From contig CBDCJH010000002.1 in assembly GCA_965217775.1 (NCBI GenBank), positions 2,784,001-2,848,000 on the forward strand: DNA of 64,000 nt. The letters run 5' to 3'. Shown here piece after piece: positions 31,729 through 42,740 of this stretch (the first letter of the stretch is position 1; each line of letters starts with the position of its first letter). This DNA comes from Acidobacteriota bacterium. GTDB taxonomy: Bacteria; Acidobacteriota; UBA6911; RPQK01; JAJDTT01. The notes under the pieces are model-generated. The model worked only from the letters and a program-made list of their open reading frames with translations, ran no database searches and was not told the DNA's origin. The position numbers and the translations under genes are program-made.

Positions 31729-34327
31729 CGATAATAGCTCTGTCGACAATAACGTTGAAGCTCCCCTGCTCGATGCCGGTGCCAGCATCCCGGAGAACCA
31801 GCCGGTATGGCGTATTTTTGTCGTACGGTCTGTCTCGCAAGGTCAGGATCACACGCTTCTGCCGCTCATCGAGGTTTGAGGACGTACTGTCAAATCTCAC
31901 CGATGCGATGGTGGTGACGGGCTCATCGCCTTCGTACACGGCAATTTTGAGTGTCACGGCCTTGACCCTCTCACTCACCGGCTCCATCTGCAACAGGTTG
32001 AAGCGGTGCCGGGGCGTTGTGATCTTGTGTGACGCTCCGAGCACTTGCACCTTGACATGCCTTGACCGGGTTTTCTCGCGGCGGCCCTTGTCCTTGAGGT
32101 GCTTCACCTTGATGACAGGCACCACAATTTCCTGAAGCATTGCCCCGCCATGAACAAAGCGCGCGCCGCCGGTGAAATGGAAGCGGTTATTGCCCTTGGG
32201 AACCCAGAATTGCATCTCGCCTTCAGCCGTGGCGGTCACGATCGTATCGCCCCGCCAAGCCTGCTCGTGAGGCGGCAGATCGTGACCCAGGAGGTATCGT
32301 TTTTTTGCGATGACTGTGCCGTCTGGCTTTTCCTCTAGCTTGCTCTTGTCCGGGTTGCCTGGCGCCGTTTCCGTGAATAGAAAGCCATGGTCCGCGGTGA
32401 TCACCACATTATTGCCGTTGAGATTATTGACAACATAGCGGACGAGATCGGTTAGTTCCCGAATCGCCTTTCTGACGGCTTCGAAGGTGGCCTTCTCGGT
32501 AGCGGCTTTGTCGCCGCGTGCGTCAATCTCGTCATGGTAGATGTAAACGAGACGCTTGCCGGCAATAAACTTCCGGCCTTCTTCTTTCTTCATCGCGAGT
32601 AGCGGGCCGGCTTTCACGGCCATGCCGCCATGAGCGCTCAGGATCTTGTTGCGCTGTTCGAGGGATGCCGTCGGCATCCCGTCGACCAGGATCCCATCCT
32701 TCCCCGTATATTCGAGTTTCGAGTGCGGCAGGATACTCGCCATGCCCAGGGCGGTATAGGAGGGCAAAATGCCCAACTGGGACGACAACTTGGCCTCGAC
32801 CCGGTATGTGCCATTCAGATAACCCGTCAGCTCTTCCGCGGCTTCGTACCGCAGGGCATCACTGATGATGACGAAGGCACGTCGATTATTAGCTTCGTCA
32901 AGCCATGGCCGTACTTGCCGGTCGAAGAACGTGTACTGGTTCTGGATGCCATTGATCGCCCACCTCTCGGGCAGCTCCTCGTCGACGAACTTGCCCCAAG
33001 CGAGCGCAATGTTGGTCAGGTAACCATTGCAGTAACAGGCTTCGATCTCCTCCCGGAGTGGCTTCAGCATATCCCAGCCCTGGGCGGCGGCGATATCGCC
33101 GTTCTCGCAGAAGTGCCGGTATAGCTGGTCAAAGCGAAACAGCCTGGATTCGTAATCCTTATACATCGCTGCCATATCAGGAGAATCGAAGCCCGCCTCA
33201 TGCGTGTTGCGCAAATGCAGAAGCTGCGCAGCGGTCGCTAAGGCTTTGTATACGGCGCGGCGGGCGCGGCGTTGGGCCTCGGGCACCGAGCCCGAAGATA
33301 CCCAGTGCCCGGCCTGCCTCCGGTCGGCGATACTGCCGACCGCCTCAGGGTCAATCACATTGATCGTTGAGGTCACCCGGTTCAGCAACCCTTGCACAAT
33401 CCTTTTCTCCACATGGGGAAAAGTCATCACATCCAGAAGCTCCTCTATTTCACAGCCGTGCAGATGATGCGGCATATCCAGGCGCGCCCCGACCTCGGCC
33501 GCCAACACGTCGTAGCTGCTGCTCTTGCTGCTGCTGTCTCGCCATTGGGCCAGGCAGACCACAGCATTCGTAGTGCCGGAACGTGGCAATTGGAGGTGCT
33601 GCAGCGCACCGGGAGGTTCCTTGGCAAGATGGTGGGCATAATCCGACACCAGTAGCCTGATAAGCAAATTCTGCAGAGTTGGGCTGTCCTCGCCGTACCC
33701 GAAGACGGACTTGACCATCGCCCAGAAAGGTTCGTCAAGTTCGAATTTCTCGATCTGGATCCAGGCCGGCGGGCTGGCTTCGAGATCGGGTACACCATCT
33801 CCGGCCATAGAGTGGAACAGGGTCCGGACGATGTTGAATAGCTCGGGCTGGTCGGCTTTCGAGACGACCGCCAGCATCTTGCGGTCGAGATCGAGTTCCG
33901 AGTCTTCGGGATAGACGAGGCTCGTCAGCTTACGCAGCCGCTCTTTGTTATTAAAAAACTTCCGGCGCTTTGCAAGATGCTGGCGAAGATACTGGTGAAC
34001 CAGACCGAGCTCCTGCAGGATGATGGAAGCGCGGTCTGCCCGGAAACTGCGACTGTACAAACGCATGTCCAGTAGCCAGTCGTTTTCGTAGTCCGGCTCC
34101 TCAGCAGGTGAGTACAGCAGATATCGCTCAGCAGGATCGTCCTGTTCAATGCGAACCTTTGCTTCGAGTGCTCCAACCTCGTCGAGCTTGAGGACCTCTA
34201 CGCCTTCGAGAGCGATGTCCTGCAGCGATCCGGCGAACTCGCCGTCCGGATCGTTCCAGAAAACGATACGAGCGTGCTCATCGTCGAACAACTGGCCTAT
34301 GGCAGCGGTGATCTTTGCTACATCCAT
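31712..34327 (-). CDS. pglZ: BREX-1 phosphatase PglZ (BrxZ)
   Basis: 871 aa; FVIISDALRYE, PSYTALGMA, ITADHGF and FVHGGAMLQE. Confidence 0.93.
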   Translation of the reverse strand: MDVAKITAAIGQLFDDEHARIVFWNDPDGEFAGSLQDIALEGVEVLKLDEVGALEAKVRIEQDDPAERYLLYSPAEEPDYENDWLLDMRLYSRSFRADRASIILQELGLVHQYLRQHLAKRRKFFNNKERLRKLTSLVYPEDSELDLDRKMLAVVSKADQPELFNIVRTLFHSMAGDGVPDLEASPPAWIQIEKFELDEPFWAMVKSVFGYGEDSPTLQNLLIRLLVSDYAHHLAKEPPGALQHLQLPRSGTTNAVVCLAQWRDSSSKSSSYDVLAAEVGARLDMPHHLHGCEIEELLDVMTFPHVEKRIVQGLLNRVTSTINVIDPEAVGSIADRRQAGHWVSSGSVPEAQRRARRAVYKALATAAQLLHLRNTHEAGFDSPDMAAMYKDYESRLFRFDQLYRHFCENGDIAAAQGWDMLKPLREEIEACYCNGYLTNIALAWGKFVDEELPERWAINGIQNQYTFFDRQVRPWLDEANNRRAFVIISDALRYEAAEELTGYLNGTYRVEAKLSSQLGILPSYTALGMASILPHSKLEYTGKDGILVDGMPTASLEQRNKILSAHGGMAVKAGPLLAMKKEEGRKFIAGKRLVYIYHDEIDARGDKAATEKATFEAVRKAIRELTDLVRYVVNNLNGNNVVITADHGFLFTETAPGNPDKSKLEEKPDGTVIAKKRYLLGHDLPPHEQAWRGDTIVTATAEGEMQFWVPKGNNRFHFTGGARFVHGGAMLQEIVVPVIKVKHLKDKGRREKTRSRHVKVQVLGASHKITTPRHRFNLLQMEPVSERVKAVTLKIAVYEGDEPVTTIASVRFDSTSSNLDERQKRVILTLRDRPYDKNTPYRLVLRDAGTGIEQGSFNVIVDRAIIDDFDF

Positions 34328-37300
34328 TAGACTGCCTTGGCTCCTGCAATCGCCTTGACTTCAGCCAATAAGTCGCCGAACTTGCCGTAATTAACTTTCA
34401 CTCCATCGTCGAGATCGAGACTGACACGTTGGTCAGCATAATGGCGCAGCTTCTCGTCAAACTCTCGAAGCTCCGATTGTTGCTTAACAAGTTTCGCCCG
34501 CTCCTTCTCCAACCGCTTGCGGTGAACCGTCGAGGCTGCGGCGGCAATATCCCGCCCCAACTGGCGAACACGGGAAGCCACCATGCCTTGCAGCGGGATT
34601 GCGTACTCGGTACGCATCCGGGCCAGTGTGCCTTCGTTGTACCGATGCAGATAGATGAGGCACTGAAATGCCTTCTGCCTACCGCTTGAGAAGAGCCAGT
34701 AGATGGGGCGCTTCTTGTAGGTCTGCAGATGGTCCTTGAAGAAACTGTCGCAGAGATAGCGACGTAGAGTATCGCGGCTCGACTCGTTGTTCCTTGGTGA
34801 GAGGTTGCTGGCCAGGAAGGCGAGGTTGTCTTCAAGGTGAGCCGCATCCCAGGCCACCGAGATGAACTCAATGAGGCGATGGGCGGCGGCGTCTTCAAAC
34901 CAATCGGAGTCGGTGAGTGGCACGATGCCGTCTGAGTCGGCAGGAAACGCGGTGTAGCGCCTGGGATCAAAGCCGGCACCTCTGTTGAAGGCGTAGATAA
35001 GGCCCGGCGCGTCCAGACTGTAGCGGCCCATCATGCAGCCAATAGCGTAGGAGACCAACTCTTTCATGGTGTCCCGCCGGAAGTAGGCCCACCGGTCTTC
35101 TTCGGTGAATTTGCCACCGGAGCGGTAGGCGGGATTCACCGTGAGGGTGATCTGCTCGATGGGAACACCGGGGATGAGTTCGTCCGTCAGGCCATAGGCA
35201 TCAATGAAGAGGCGGTTGTTCTCTTCTTCGAGGCGCTTCATTTCGGTGATGGTGTCGCGATTCTGGGTGGTCCAGGCGGTGTAGCTGGATTCAAGGTTGG
35301 GAGTGGGCTCGGAGGATGCCGTCAGAAGGGGAAGAGATTGGAAGTCCCAGGAGCGTTCGTAGGCGTTCCAGTCATCGGCAGTGGTATGCACCAACCGATC
35401 CACGTTCTTCGTCACGTCAAAGCGGAGGTTGTTCCCAACGACCTCAATGAATGGGATGTTCACGAAATTGCCGATCTGGAAATGCAGTGTCGGATTCGTT
35501 GCCCTCGCGATGGCTAGCACAATCGGCGTATTGCAAAAGCCTGCCAACAGCATGCGCTCCACGCCACGAAAACTGAACGCTGACATCCCTGATACATCGT
35601 GGATACCACCACTGTCATTCAGACGAAACGAGGGGGGACCAGAGGTAACATCTGACCACGTCAAAGACTCCTGAAAGTAGAACTCGGTGTTCTGCGCTCG
35701 CGATCTTGCCCGCCCTCCGTTCTCGGTACCGAAAGCACGAATCGCCCGGCCATCATGTTCCCAGTTGACCAAGTATTCCTGATTTCCGTACCACTTCCGG
35801 AACTCTCCCCCCTTGTTGTAAGGAAACCATTTGTTGCCCGACCGGGCCGCAGCGTCTCTGCTTTTAGAGTGGTAAGAGCATTTTCCTCGGTCCACCTCAT
35901 GCCAACGCCGCAAAAACTGATTGTTGTTACCAGTTTGCAAGCCCACTCTCGCATCAACAAGCTCTCCTAAAAGCGTCCCTTCGTCAAATGCTGACCGGAC
36001 CCGCTCACTCACCCAATAAGCCACCGGACTGCCGGGAATTTTCTTGAACTCGTCCTGGGCTGTCGTATCGAAACGTTTCTCACCGTTGGCCAGCGCCGTT
36101 CGCTTCTCTGACTCGCCACCTTCCAGCAACCGGAAAAACACTGGCTTGTAGCCCTTCGGTGATCGATTTTGCAGCACACACGCTGTTGTTTGAACCACCT
36201 CGCCCGAGATGCTTCCGAAAGCCCGCGCTCCCAGGTGAGCCATCGTCTTGATGTTTTTCTCCCGCAGCATCCGCTCGCGCATCTTTTCGAACGACGACAG
36301 AAACATCCAACTCTGCATGGTGACCATGGCGTTGTGGCCGGCATCCTTCGCCAGTGTGTAGCCACGCTCGATGAAGCAGGCGAAAAGGTCGCTCTTTGCG
36401 GCGGGAAAGTGATCCTTGACGAACTTTTTCACCAGGGAATTCATTCCCCTGCTTCCCATATACGGTGGATTCGCCACCACGGCGTCATATTGTCCCGCCA
36501 GCAGCTCGGCCTGCCGCACCAACACCCCCAACCGCTTGAGCGCATCCGACACAAATAGGTCTTGACTCGTGGATTCACTCAATTGCTTCAGCGCCGGCAG
36601 TTCCGCAGACAGTCCCTCCGGCACCTGAATCAGCGAGCCAAAGGTTGAGGCATGCTCGAAGAGTTGCTTCAGCTCTGTGAGGTCGCTGTCCACAAGTCCG
36701 TAGTCCACTAACTTCACGCGCTGAGCCATCCGCTCTGCGTCAAAGCCCGTACTGTCGACCAACGCCATCACGTTGAGCTTCACGCCCCGCTCGAAAAACC
36801 GACGATCATCAGCCCGCCCCTTCATCATTAGCGCAAAGCCCGTGAGCTGCGCCGCCCGCCCGTCGATGTCGAGGCCGAAGAGGTTCTTCTCCAGGACCAG
36901 CTGAGCCACACCGCGCTTCTGGTAACCGCGCTCCAGGTAGATGGCCTTGAACAGATCATAAGACTCCACCAGCATGTGTCCGGAACCACTGGCCGGGTCG
37001 ATGAGGGTCAGTGCTTCGGGGTTGAGTGTGCCGGGCGTAGTGGCCGCAAGTTGCGCGGTGACCTCTTCGTTCTGCTCGGCGGGCTCGATGTAGTAGGCCA
37101 TCTGCCCTCTGATTGAGGAGTGCGGATAGGTCGCCAGCCACTGTGCCCCCAGCGAATTCTGGACCAAGTACTTCACAATCCATTTGGGCGTGAAAAGCTG
37201 GGTCGCCGCCGGAATGTCTTCGGAGGCCACAACCTTGCCAATGACCTGGCCTTTCTTCTCCGAGATGTAGAATTGGTAGAGCCAGCCGATGATCTCGATT

Positions 37301-37908
37301 TGCCCCCAGGCGCTCTCGTCAATGCCCTCGACCAGTTGACGGATCAGCGAGTCAGTGTGGAGTAGGTTGGCGGGCAGCAGCAACTCGGTTTCATCCCCGA
37401 TGCGCTCAAAGAGAAAGGGCATTGCCTGGTGCAGGGCGTTGCACTGGGCTTTGAGGAGCAGCCGGTAGAGCTCTTCATCTTTGCTGCCGTCGAGCTTCAA
37501 CTCCACAGCTTTCTGCCGGTCGAGGCCCGGCAGATCGACGTCGGCAGCATGCTCAAGAATCTCTGGCTGGTCCTGTCCCTCAGGATGACTCAGAACGCGG
37601 TAGCCGTGGTCCAGGTAACCGTGCAGCTCCATGTAACGTATGGCTGCGAAGCGGTTGAACCACGTATAGGCCATTTCCTCCATGACCTGCTCGAAGCCGT
37701 CGTGCCGGATCCGTTCTTCCAGGCGCTTGCGCGGTTTCGCCACCTTGCGGGAAAAGGCATGTGCCCCGATCAGGGCTACATCGCCCTGCTCTACAATCGG
37801 TTCAATGCTTTTGGCAGTCACGCCGTAAAACGCCGCTCGCCCAGTTACCGCCGCGATAAAATCGCGCCGCGCCTGTTGGGCATAGGCTTCGAGCTTGTTG
37901 CGATTCAT
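34327..37908 (-). CDS. pglX: BREX-1 adenine methyltransferase PglX (BrxX)
   Basis: 1193 aa; YTWFNR, ATQLFTP, DPASGSGH, VANPPYMG, KKRPIYW and DLDDGVKVNY. Confidence 0.95.
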   Translation of the reverse strand: MNRNKLEAYAQQARRDFIAAVTGRAAFYGVTAKSIEPIVEQGDVALIGAHAFSRKVAKPRKRLEERIRHDGFEQVMEEMAYTWFNRFAAIRYMELHGYLDHGYRVLSHPEGQDQPEILEHAADVDLPGLDRQKAVELKLDGSKDEELYRLLLKAQCNALHQAMPFLFERIGDETELLLPANLLHTDSLIRQLVEGIDESAWGQIEIIGWLYQFYISEKKGQVIGKVVASEDIPAATQLFTPKWIVKYLVQNSLGAQWLATYPHSSIRGQMAYYIEPAEQNEEVTAQLAATTPGTLNPEALTLIDPASGSGHMLVESYDLFKAIYLERGYQKRGVAQLVLEKNLFGLDIDGRAAQLTGFALMMKGRADDRRFFERGVKLNVMALVDSTGFDAERMAQRVKLVDYGLVDSDLTELKQLFEHASTFGSLIQVPEGLSAELPALKQLSESTSQDLFVSDALKRLGVLVRQAELLAGQYDAVVANPPYMGSRGMNSLVKKFVKDHFPAAKSDLFACFIERGYTLAKDAGHNAMVTMQSWMFLSSFEKMRERMLREKNIKTMAHLGARAFGSISGEVVQTTACVLQNRSPKGYKPVFFRLLEGGESEKRTALANGEKRFDTTAQDEFKKIPGSPVAYWVSERVRSAFDEGTLLGELVDARVGLQTGNNNQFLRRWHEVDRGKCSYHSKSRDAAARSGNKWFPYNKGGEFRKWYGNQEYLVNWEHDGRAIRAFGTENGGRARSRAQNTEFYFQESLTWSDVTSGPPSFRLNDSGGIHDVSGMSAFSFRGVERMLLAGFCNTPIVLAIARATNPTLHFQIGNFVNIPFIEVVGNNLRFDVTKNVDRLVHTTADDWNAYERSWDFQSLPLLTASSEPTPNLESSYTAWTTQNRDTITEMKRLEEENNRLFIDAYGLTDELIPGVPIEQITLTVNPAYRSGGKFTEEDRWAYFRRDTMKELVSYAIGCMMGRYSLDAPGLIYAFNRGAGFDPRRYTAFPADSDGIVPLTDSDWFEDAAAHRLIEFISVAWDAAHLEDNLAFLASNLSPRNNESSRDTLRRYLCDSFFKDHLQTYKKRPIYWLFSSGRQKAFQCLIYLHRYNEGTLARMRTEYAIPLQGMVASRVRQLGRDIAAAASTVHRKRLEKERAKLVKQQSELREFDEKLRHYADQRVSLDLDDGVKVNYGKFGDLLAEVKAIAGAKAV

Positions 37909-37925
37909 GCTGTATTGGCTTTGGT

Positions 37926-40900
37926 TTAACGAATTTCTATGCGCTCGTTTCTGGCCAGAGCATCGGTCAGTTCTTTACGAAGATCGTCAAGGAAAGCACT
38001 CACGTCGGCCTGAGATTCAAGGTAGGACGACTTGACAAGCTTGCCAGGAGAGACGACCCGCCGGGCCTTGACTACCGGCTTGTCCGGCACCGCCATTTCT
38101 TCCTCGGCTTTCCGCGCAAGATAGCGCTCGACCTGGTCCAACGCCTCGTCCTTCAAGCGCACGGCTTCGGCCTCAGCTTGGCCGATATGCGCGAGACTCT
38201 CGTGGATCGAAACCTGTTTCGCCAGCTCATCCAGTGGCGTAAGGCACGTGTTTTTTAACGATTTGTCTCCACCCGCTGTCGAGACTTCCGCGTTCACGCT
38301 GGCAGATTGATCGGTTATTTTTGCGAGCGCCCGGTCCCGTCGCTCGTAGAGCAACCCTTCGTTTACCTCGTTTACGGTGCCGATTAGCCCTTCGGCTTCC
38401 TTGAGTAATCCGTAAGGATTCGGTGCAGAGAGGATTTCGCTCATCCGCCGCAGCGCAGGTCCGGCGGAGTCGTCTCGCTCCAGTTCCATCTGGTTGAGTT
38501 TGAATCTGCCCGATGCCGTGCGCAACTTGTCCCACATGGGGCGCTGATGTTTGTAAAAGTGATCAAGGTCATGGAAGCTGTCGGCGAGTTCTCGCAGGTG
38601 GGCTTCGTGCTTATTGACCTGCACCAGGAACCTGCTGCTGTCGTTGGGAGCCACAAGCATCTTCAGAAGGCTGAGGCTGTCGGCTATCTCCGCGGATCCG
38701 GGGTAACTTCCGGTATCCGCCAGGGCACGATACTGGCTCAGCCTCTCACGCCAGCCTTCAAGGCGGCCCTTCAGGAACTCGAATAGGGCGTCTTCGCGAC
38801 CCGGCCCCATCTCCGAGAACACGTCCCGGCCGAGCTCCCTGGCCTTTTGAACGTCCTCAGGCCGGGTCGTGGCCCGCTGGACGATTGTGATGTTTCGCCA
38901 TTGGCGTTTTGACGTGAGCGCTTCGTATAGCTTGTCCTTCGGGATTGCCGCACCACCCGAGACGCATTGCACTTCGCCGGCCATGAGAAGCCGTGCCAGA
39001 AGAAGTATGACCTCGAACTCGGGCCAGCCATAAGGACGCATGGCGTAGCGCTTGGTGATCATGGCAAGTACAACCTGCCGGTTGGTCTTCTTGCAAAGGT
39101 CGATGTAACTACGGAGGTCTTCAGTGGCCTGCGGATTGCTTTCGAGCATATCCATGTTGAGATTGGATTGTCCAATATCATTGGTGCGTAGAACCGCCTG
39201 GATCTCCTTTTTCGGATCGTCGCAAAGCGTCTTGAGATAGCTCATCTTGTTGAAGGTGTTTTGAATAAGGTACTCCATCGCCTCACTCAGGGCCTTCTGA
39301 GGGGCACTGGCGGAGACCTCCAACGGCTGACCTGCCACAAAGTAGCTGGCATCCGCCAGCATCTCGCCGAGCAGGCGGATCAGGTGGTCGCGGCGTTTGC
39401 GATTCTCGTCAGCCAGATCGCGGTGGATCCGTTTCGTGGTGGCCGGTAAAGTACCATCATCCTTCGTCCGAATGTATTTGTCCGTCCGTAACAACGCGCG
39501 CAGTTCCCGCGCCAGATTCTCGTCGTTTCTCAGCCGGATGAGAACTTGCCCGTCTTCCCGGCTGCTTTCCAGCACGCACTTGCCGTCTGCCTGGTAGACC
39601 TCATAGTCATCGGCCATTGGTGTCACAATCGAGACGGCAAGCGCGCCCTCGGTGCGATTGCCGACCGGATGCGCGTCGCACACACGGTTAAAGCTGAAAT
39701 CCATTTTGTTGGCGCTGAAGCGATGCTTGCGAAGACCTTTCAGTACGTCTTCAAAAACAAGCTCCCCGACGAGTTTGGCCTCCTCCGCGCTACCCAGTTC
39801 GACATTCTTGATTTCGCGATTAATGTCGCGCTCTTCGCTAGTCAGGAAAAAGTAGGTGTCACCGCTGCGATTGACGAGCGTCTCCCGCTCCAGTCGCTGA
39901 AGGCTGGCCTCGATGGTTTTTCGCAGGGCGAGGCGGTCTGCGTCGATTTGATCAAGGCACAGGGTGACGAGGTTATCGACATTGCCTTTGACTTCATCGA
40001 CGTAGCGGATGAGAAAAAGTACCTCAAGGAGCCGGGTGTCATAATCCTCCAGACTCGCATTGTCTTTGGCTTGGTCGATGGTGCGTTTGACGGTGGTGTC
40101 GAGGAAGCTCTCAATAGAAGGGTAAAAGCGATACAGCGGAACCAGAATGCCTACTTCCATATGGGAAACGGACTGCCCCGCATGCTGGAAGGCGTCCAGC
40201 AGGGAGCGCTCCCCCTGCGCCAGATGGAGCCCGGTGGCTCCCGCCTTGCGGATCGACTCGAAAATCTTCTGGAGCAGCTTGAACTGGTAGGGTGCGAAAG
40301 GATAATCCCGCACGAAATCATCCGCATTCCTGAACTGCGGGAAGGTCATTCCGGCATCCTTGAAGGACAGTTGATTCTTAAGGATGTCTCCCTGCGTGGC
40401 GTACTCCGACTCTAGCTGGTGCCGTACTCCTTCCCGCTTGGCAAGCAGACGTTCCTGGATAACTTCATCTACGTTGGCGCTGGACAGCGACAGGCGGGTG
40501 CGGAACCGGCCCTGGATCTTGGAAAAGTCGTTGGCTCGGGTTCCCGGCATCTCACCGAGCACCGCATCGATGTCCTCCTGAGAGGTGACGACGACCCAAG
40601 CCCGGCCCTTGCAGACGGTGCCCAGTTCTTCGGTGATGGTTTGCAGATTGAGCATCAGGTGGGTATCGGTGCCGATGAACTGCCCGACCTCATCAACGAG
40701 AAAGATGATGCGGTGGTCTTCCCCCCTGCCATCGAGATAGTCCTGGACCCATTGGCAGAAGTTCTCGATGGTCAGGGCAAAATTGCCCTCGGCGCCATCC
40801 ATCCATTTCTCGCAGGATTTTTCACTCTGGCGGAGGGAAGGGACCAGTGCCTTGATGACCTCGTCCCGATTGAACGCGTAGGCGTCGCGTTCGTCGGTCC

Positions 40901-41498
40901 AATTGGTGCCGGTCAGTGCCCGATAGGCATCGTGAAAGACCCCAAGCCTGCCCTTGCCTTCGAGATAACGCTCCATGTGGGCGATATGCGGGTGATCGCC
41001 ACTGTAGCCTGCTAACTCGTTCAGTACTTTGAGGAACACCGCCAGGATGGCATCGCGCCCGGCCCGATTGTCCGCCTTGCTGTCGATATTGAATAAAATG
41101 ACATCGGTATGGGATGCGACCGCGCGCTTGATGTCTCCGAGCAGCATCGCGTCCTTGATTTTTAGATTGAAGAACTCGACGGCCTGCCGGGTTTGACCAC
41201 CATGTGTATGTTTCTTGTTATTGAGCAGGTAGGACAGCACTTTGATGAAGTGGGATTTGCCGGATCCAAAAAAACCCGAAACCCAGACCCCGATCTTCCC
41301 CGCAACATCCGGGTCCCCGGTCCTCTCCATCGCTTCGCAGTAGCTGGAGAAAAAGCGCCGAAGATGTTGGTCCAGTTCCTTCGTGACAACGAACTCCTCC
41401 AGCTCCTGCCAGACCGATGATTCGTCCAGCTGGTCGGCTTTTACGACGCCATTGATGGGCCGGGAGATGTCCTTCTGAAATAGATTCTCAATACGCAT
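37926..41498 (-). CDS. brxC: BREX P-loop ATPase BrxC
   Basis: RPINGVVKADQ, GVWVSGFFGSGKSHF, FLVDEVGQ and YPFAPYQF. Confidence 0.93.
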   Translation of the reverse strand: MRIENLFQKDISRPINGVVKADQLDESSVWQELEEFVVTKELDQHLRRFFSSYCEAMERTGDPDVAGKIGVWVSGFFGSGKSHFIKVLSYLLNNKKHTHGGQTRQAVEFFNLKIKDAMLLGDIKRAVASHTDVILFNIDSKADNRAGRDAILAVFLKVLNELAGYSGDHPHIAHMERYLEGKGRLGVFHDAYRALTGTNWTDERDAYAFNRDEVIKALVPSLRQSEKSCEKWMDGAEGNFALTIENFCQWVQDYLDGRGEDHRIIFLVDEVGQFIGTDTHLMLNLQTITEELGTVCKGRAWVVVTSQEDIDAVLGEMPGTRANDFSKIQGRFRTRLSLSSANVDEVIQERLLAKREGVRHQLESEYATQGDILKNQLSFKDAGMTFPQFRNADDFVRDYPFAPYQFKLLQKIFESIRKAGATGLHLAQGERSLLDAFQHAGQSVSHMEVGILVPLYRFYPSIESFLDTTVKRTIDQAKDNASLEDYDTRLLEVLFLIRYVDEVKGNVDNLVTLCLDQIDADRLALRKTIEASLQRLERETLVNRSGDTYFFLTSEERDINREIKNVELGSAEEAKLVGELVFEDVLKGLRKHRFSANKMDFSFNRVCDAHPVGNRTEGALAVSIVTPMADDYEVYQADGKCVLESSREDGQVLIRLRNDENLARELRALLRTDKYIRTKDDGTLPATTKRIHRDLADENRKRRDHLIRLLGEMLADASYFVAGQPLEVSASAPQKALSEAMEYLIQNTFNKMSYLKTLCDDPKKEIQAVLRTNDIGQSNLNMDMLESNPQATEDLRSYIDLCKKTNRQVVLAMITKRYAMRPYGWPEFEVILLLARLLMAGEVQCVSGGAAIPKDKLYEALTSKRQWRNITIVQRATTRPEDVQKARELGRDVFSEMGPGREDALFEFLKGRLEGWRERLSQYRALADTGSYPGSAEIADSLSLLKMLVAPNDSSRFLVQVNKHEAHLRELADSFHDLDHFYKHQRPMWDKLRTASGRFKLNQMELERDDSAGPALRRMSEILSAPNPYGLLKEAEGLIGTVNEVNEGLLYERRDRALAKITDQSASVNAEVSTAGGDKSLKNTCLTPLDELAKQVSIHESLAHIGQAEAEAVRLKDEALDQVERYLARKAEEEMAVPDKPVVKARRVVSPGKLVKSSYLESQADVSAFLDDLRKELTDALARNERIEIR

Positions 41499-41511
41499 TG
41501 TTGTTCTCGCG

Positions 41512-42120
41512 TTAATCAATCAGTCTAAAGGCCCGATAGTAGTTGGTTTCCTTCTTGCCTTCCCCGGCGGAACCACCGGTCAGGCCGGTCTTGTCAAAGA
41601 GCCGTAATGTCTGCGTGTCATATCTGCCGGGATAAAACATAACCAGGGGCGTCTGTCCCATGATGGCGTGCAGGTTGCTGAGCAAGGTATGCGATCGGAG
41701 TAATGGATAAACACTGCCGATCCCGGATATCAACACGAGGTCATGCTCCCCCGGCTTTACGGTGTCAGCAAAACGCCGGGCGATCTTTTCCTCATGCAGG
41801 ACGCCCTTTAATGCCTTTAAAAGCGCGTCGTTGCCCTTCTCGCGCTGCATCCTGAACGACTTCTCCAACAGGTTGCGCTCCTTAAGGTAATGGATCAGGA
41901 CGTCAAAGAGGTTGACGTGGGCCACTCGAAGGTTGGGCCTGTTCTTCGGCAGGTGTTCCAGAAGGAACCGGATGTGTTTTCGGATGCGCAGCTCATCCTC
42001 TGGCGCATAATCGAAGATGTAAAAGGCTATCTCATTACCAATGCCACGGGTGCTGAGGAAATCGTCCGATGTGAGCTTCGGAAGAATCTGGTTGAGCCGA
42101 TGGGTCAGTGGGTCACTCAT
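41512..42120 (-). CDS. brxB: BREX protein BrxB (DUF1788)
   Basis: 202 aa; GIGNEIAFYIFDY, VYPLLRSHTLL, MFYPGRY and NYYRAF. Confidence 0.92.
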   Translation of the reverse strand: MSDPLTHRLNQILPKLTSDDFLSTRGIGNEIAFYIFDYAPEDELRIRKHIRFLLEHLPKNRPNLRVAHVNLFDVLIHYLKERNLLEKSFRMQREKGNDALLKALKGVLHEEKIARRFADTVKPGEHDLVLISGIGSVYPLLRSHTLLSNLHAIMGQTPLVMFYPGRYDTQTLRLFDKTGLTGGSAGEGKKETNYYRAFRLID

Positions 42121-42740
42121 GGTCGAACTTCGATGCAGCGGAGCACGTACCTTTCGTCCTGCTCGTGCAGGTAATTCAGCACTTCCCTGGCGACATGGAC
42201 CGTTTGCAGCTTGAGGGTGCGTGTGTTCTCGATGTAGCCGGCCTGCGCGAGGATCAAAAAGACAGTCGAACGCAAGCGCGCTACTGTCGATTCAGTCCAG
42301 TCCGGCATCCCCGGGTCACGGTTACGACAATCCTCGATGAAATGCTCCCAAATGTGCTTGGAGAGGGATGGACGGAACAGCCGGTACTGCTCACGCACCA
42401 CTATATCCAGAAAGTCGCCGAGCAGAAGACTATGTTTCACGGCAGCGGCGAGGCAGGCGTGCGTTGCAAGCGGGACCGAACCATCACGGACCATTTCCCA
42501 AAGCGCGGGCTGCATTAATTCGAGGCGAGCACGGAGGAGTTGGCCCCACCGCGTAGCGGTCTCCCGACTCTGGATCTGGAGAATGTTTTTCTCCACCAGT
42601 TCAGTGCGCCAGTCGTGGCCGTTAACACCCCGTAACAATAGGTCTGCGATGATTCGGCTCTCGGTGACTTTCAGGGAACTCGCCGCGATGGTTGATCGAT
42701 AGCGTACGGATTCGTGTGAGTTCCTGTTCGTGCGTCGAAT
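42117..42740 (-). CDS. brxA: BREX protein BrxA (DUF1819); probable non-canonical ATT start
   Basis: Frame is open from ATT at 42740 after GAGGAG: ..YRSTIAASSLKVTESRIIADLLL..EKNILQ..WTESTVARLRS..LAQAGYI. First gene of the operon. Confidence 0.8.
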   Translation of the reverse strand: MRRTNRNSHESVRYRSTIAASSLKVTESRIIADLLLRGVNGHDWRTELVEKNILQIQSRETATRWGQLLRARLELMQPALWEMVRDGSVPLATHACLAAAVKHSLLLGDFLDIVVREQYRLFRPSLSKHIWEHFIEDCRNRDPGMPDWTESTVARLRSTVFLILAQAGYIENTRTLKLQTVHVAREVLNYLHEQDERYVLRCIEVRP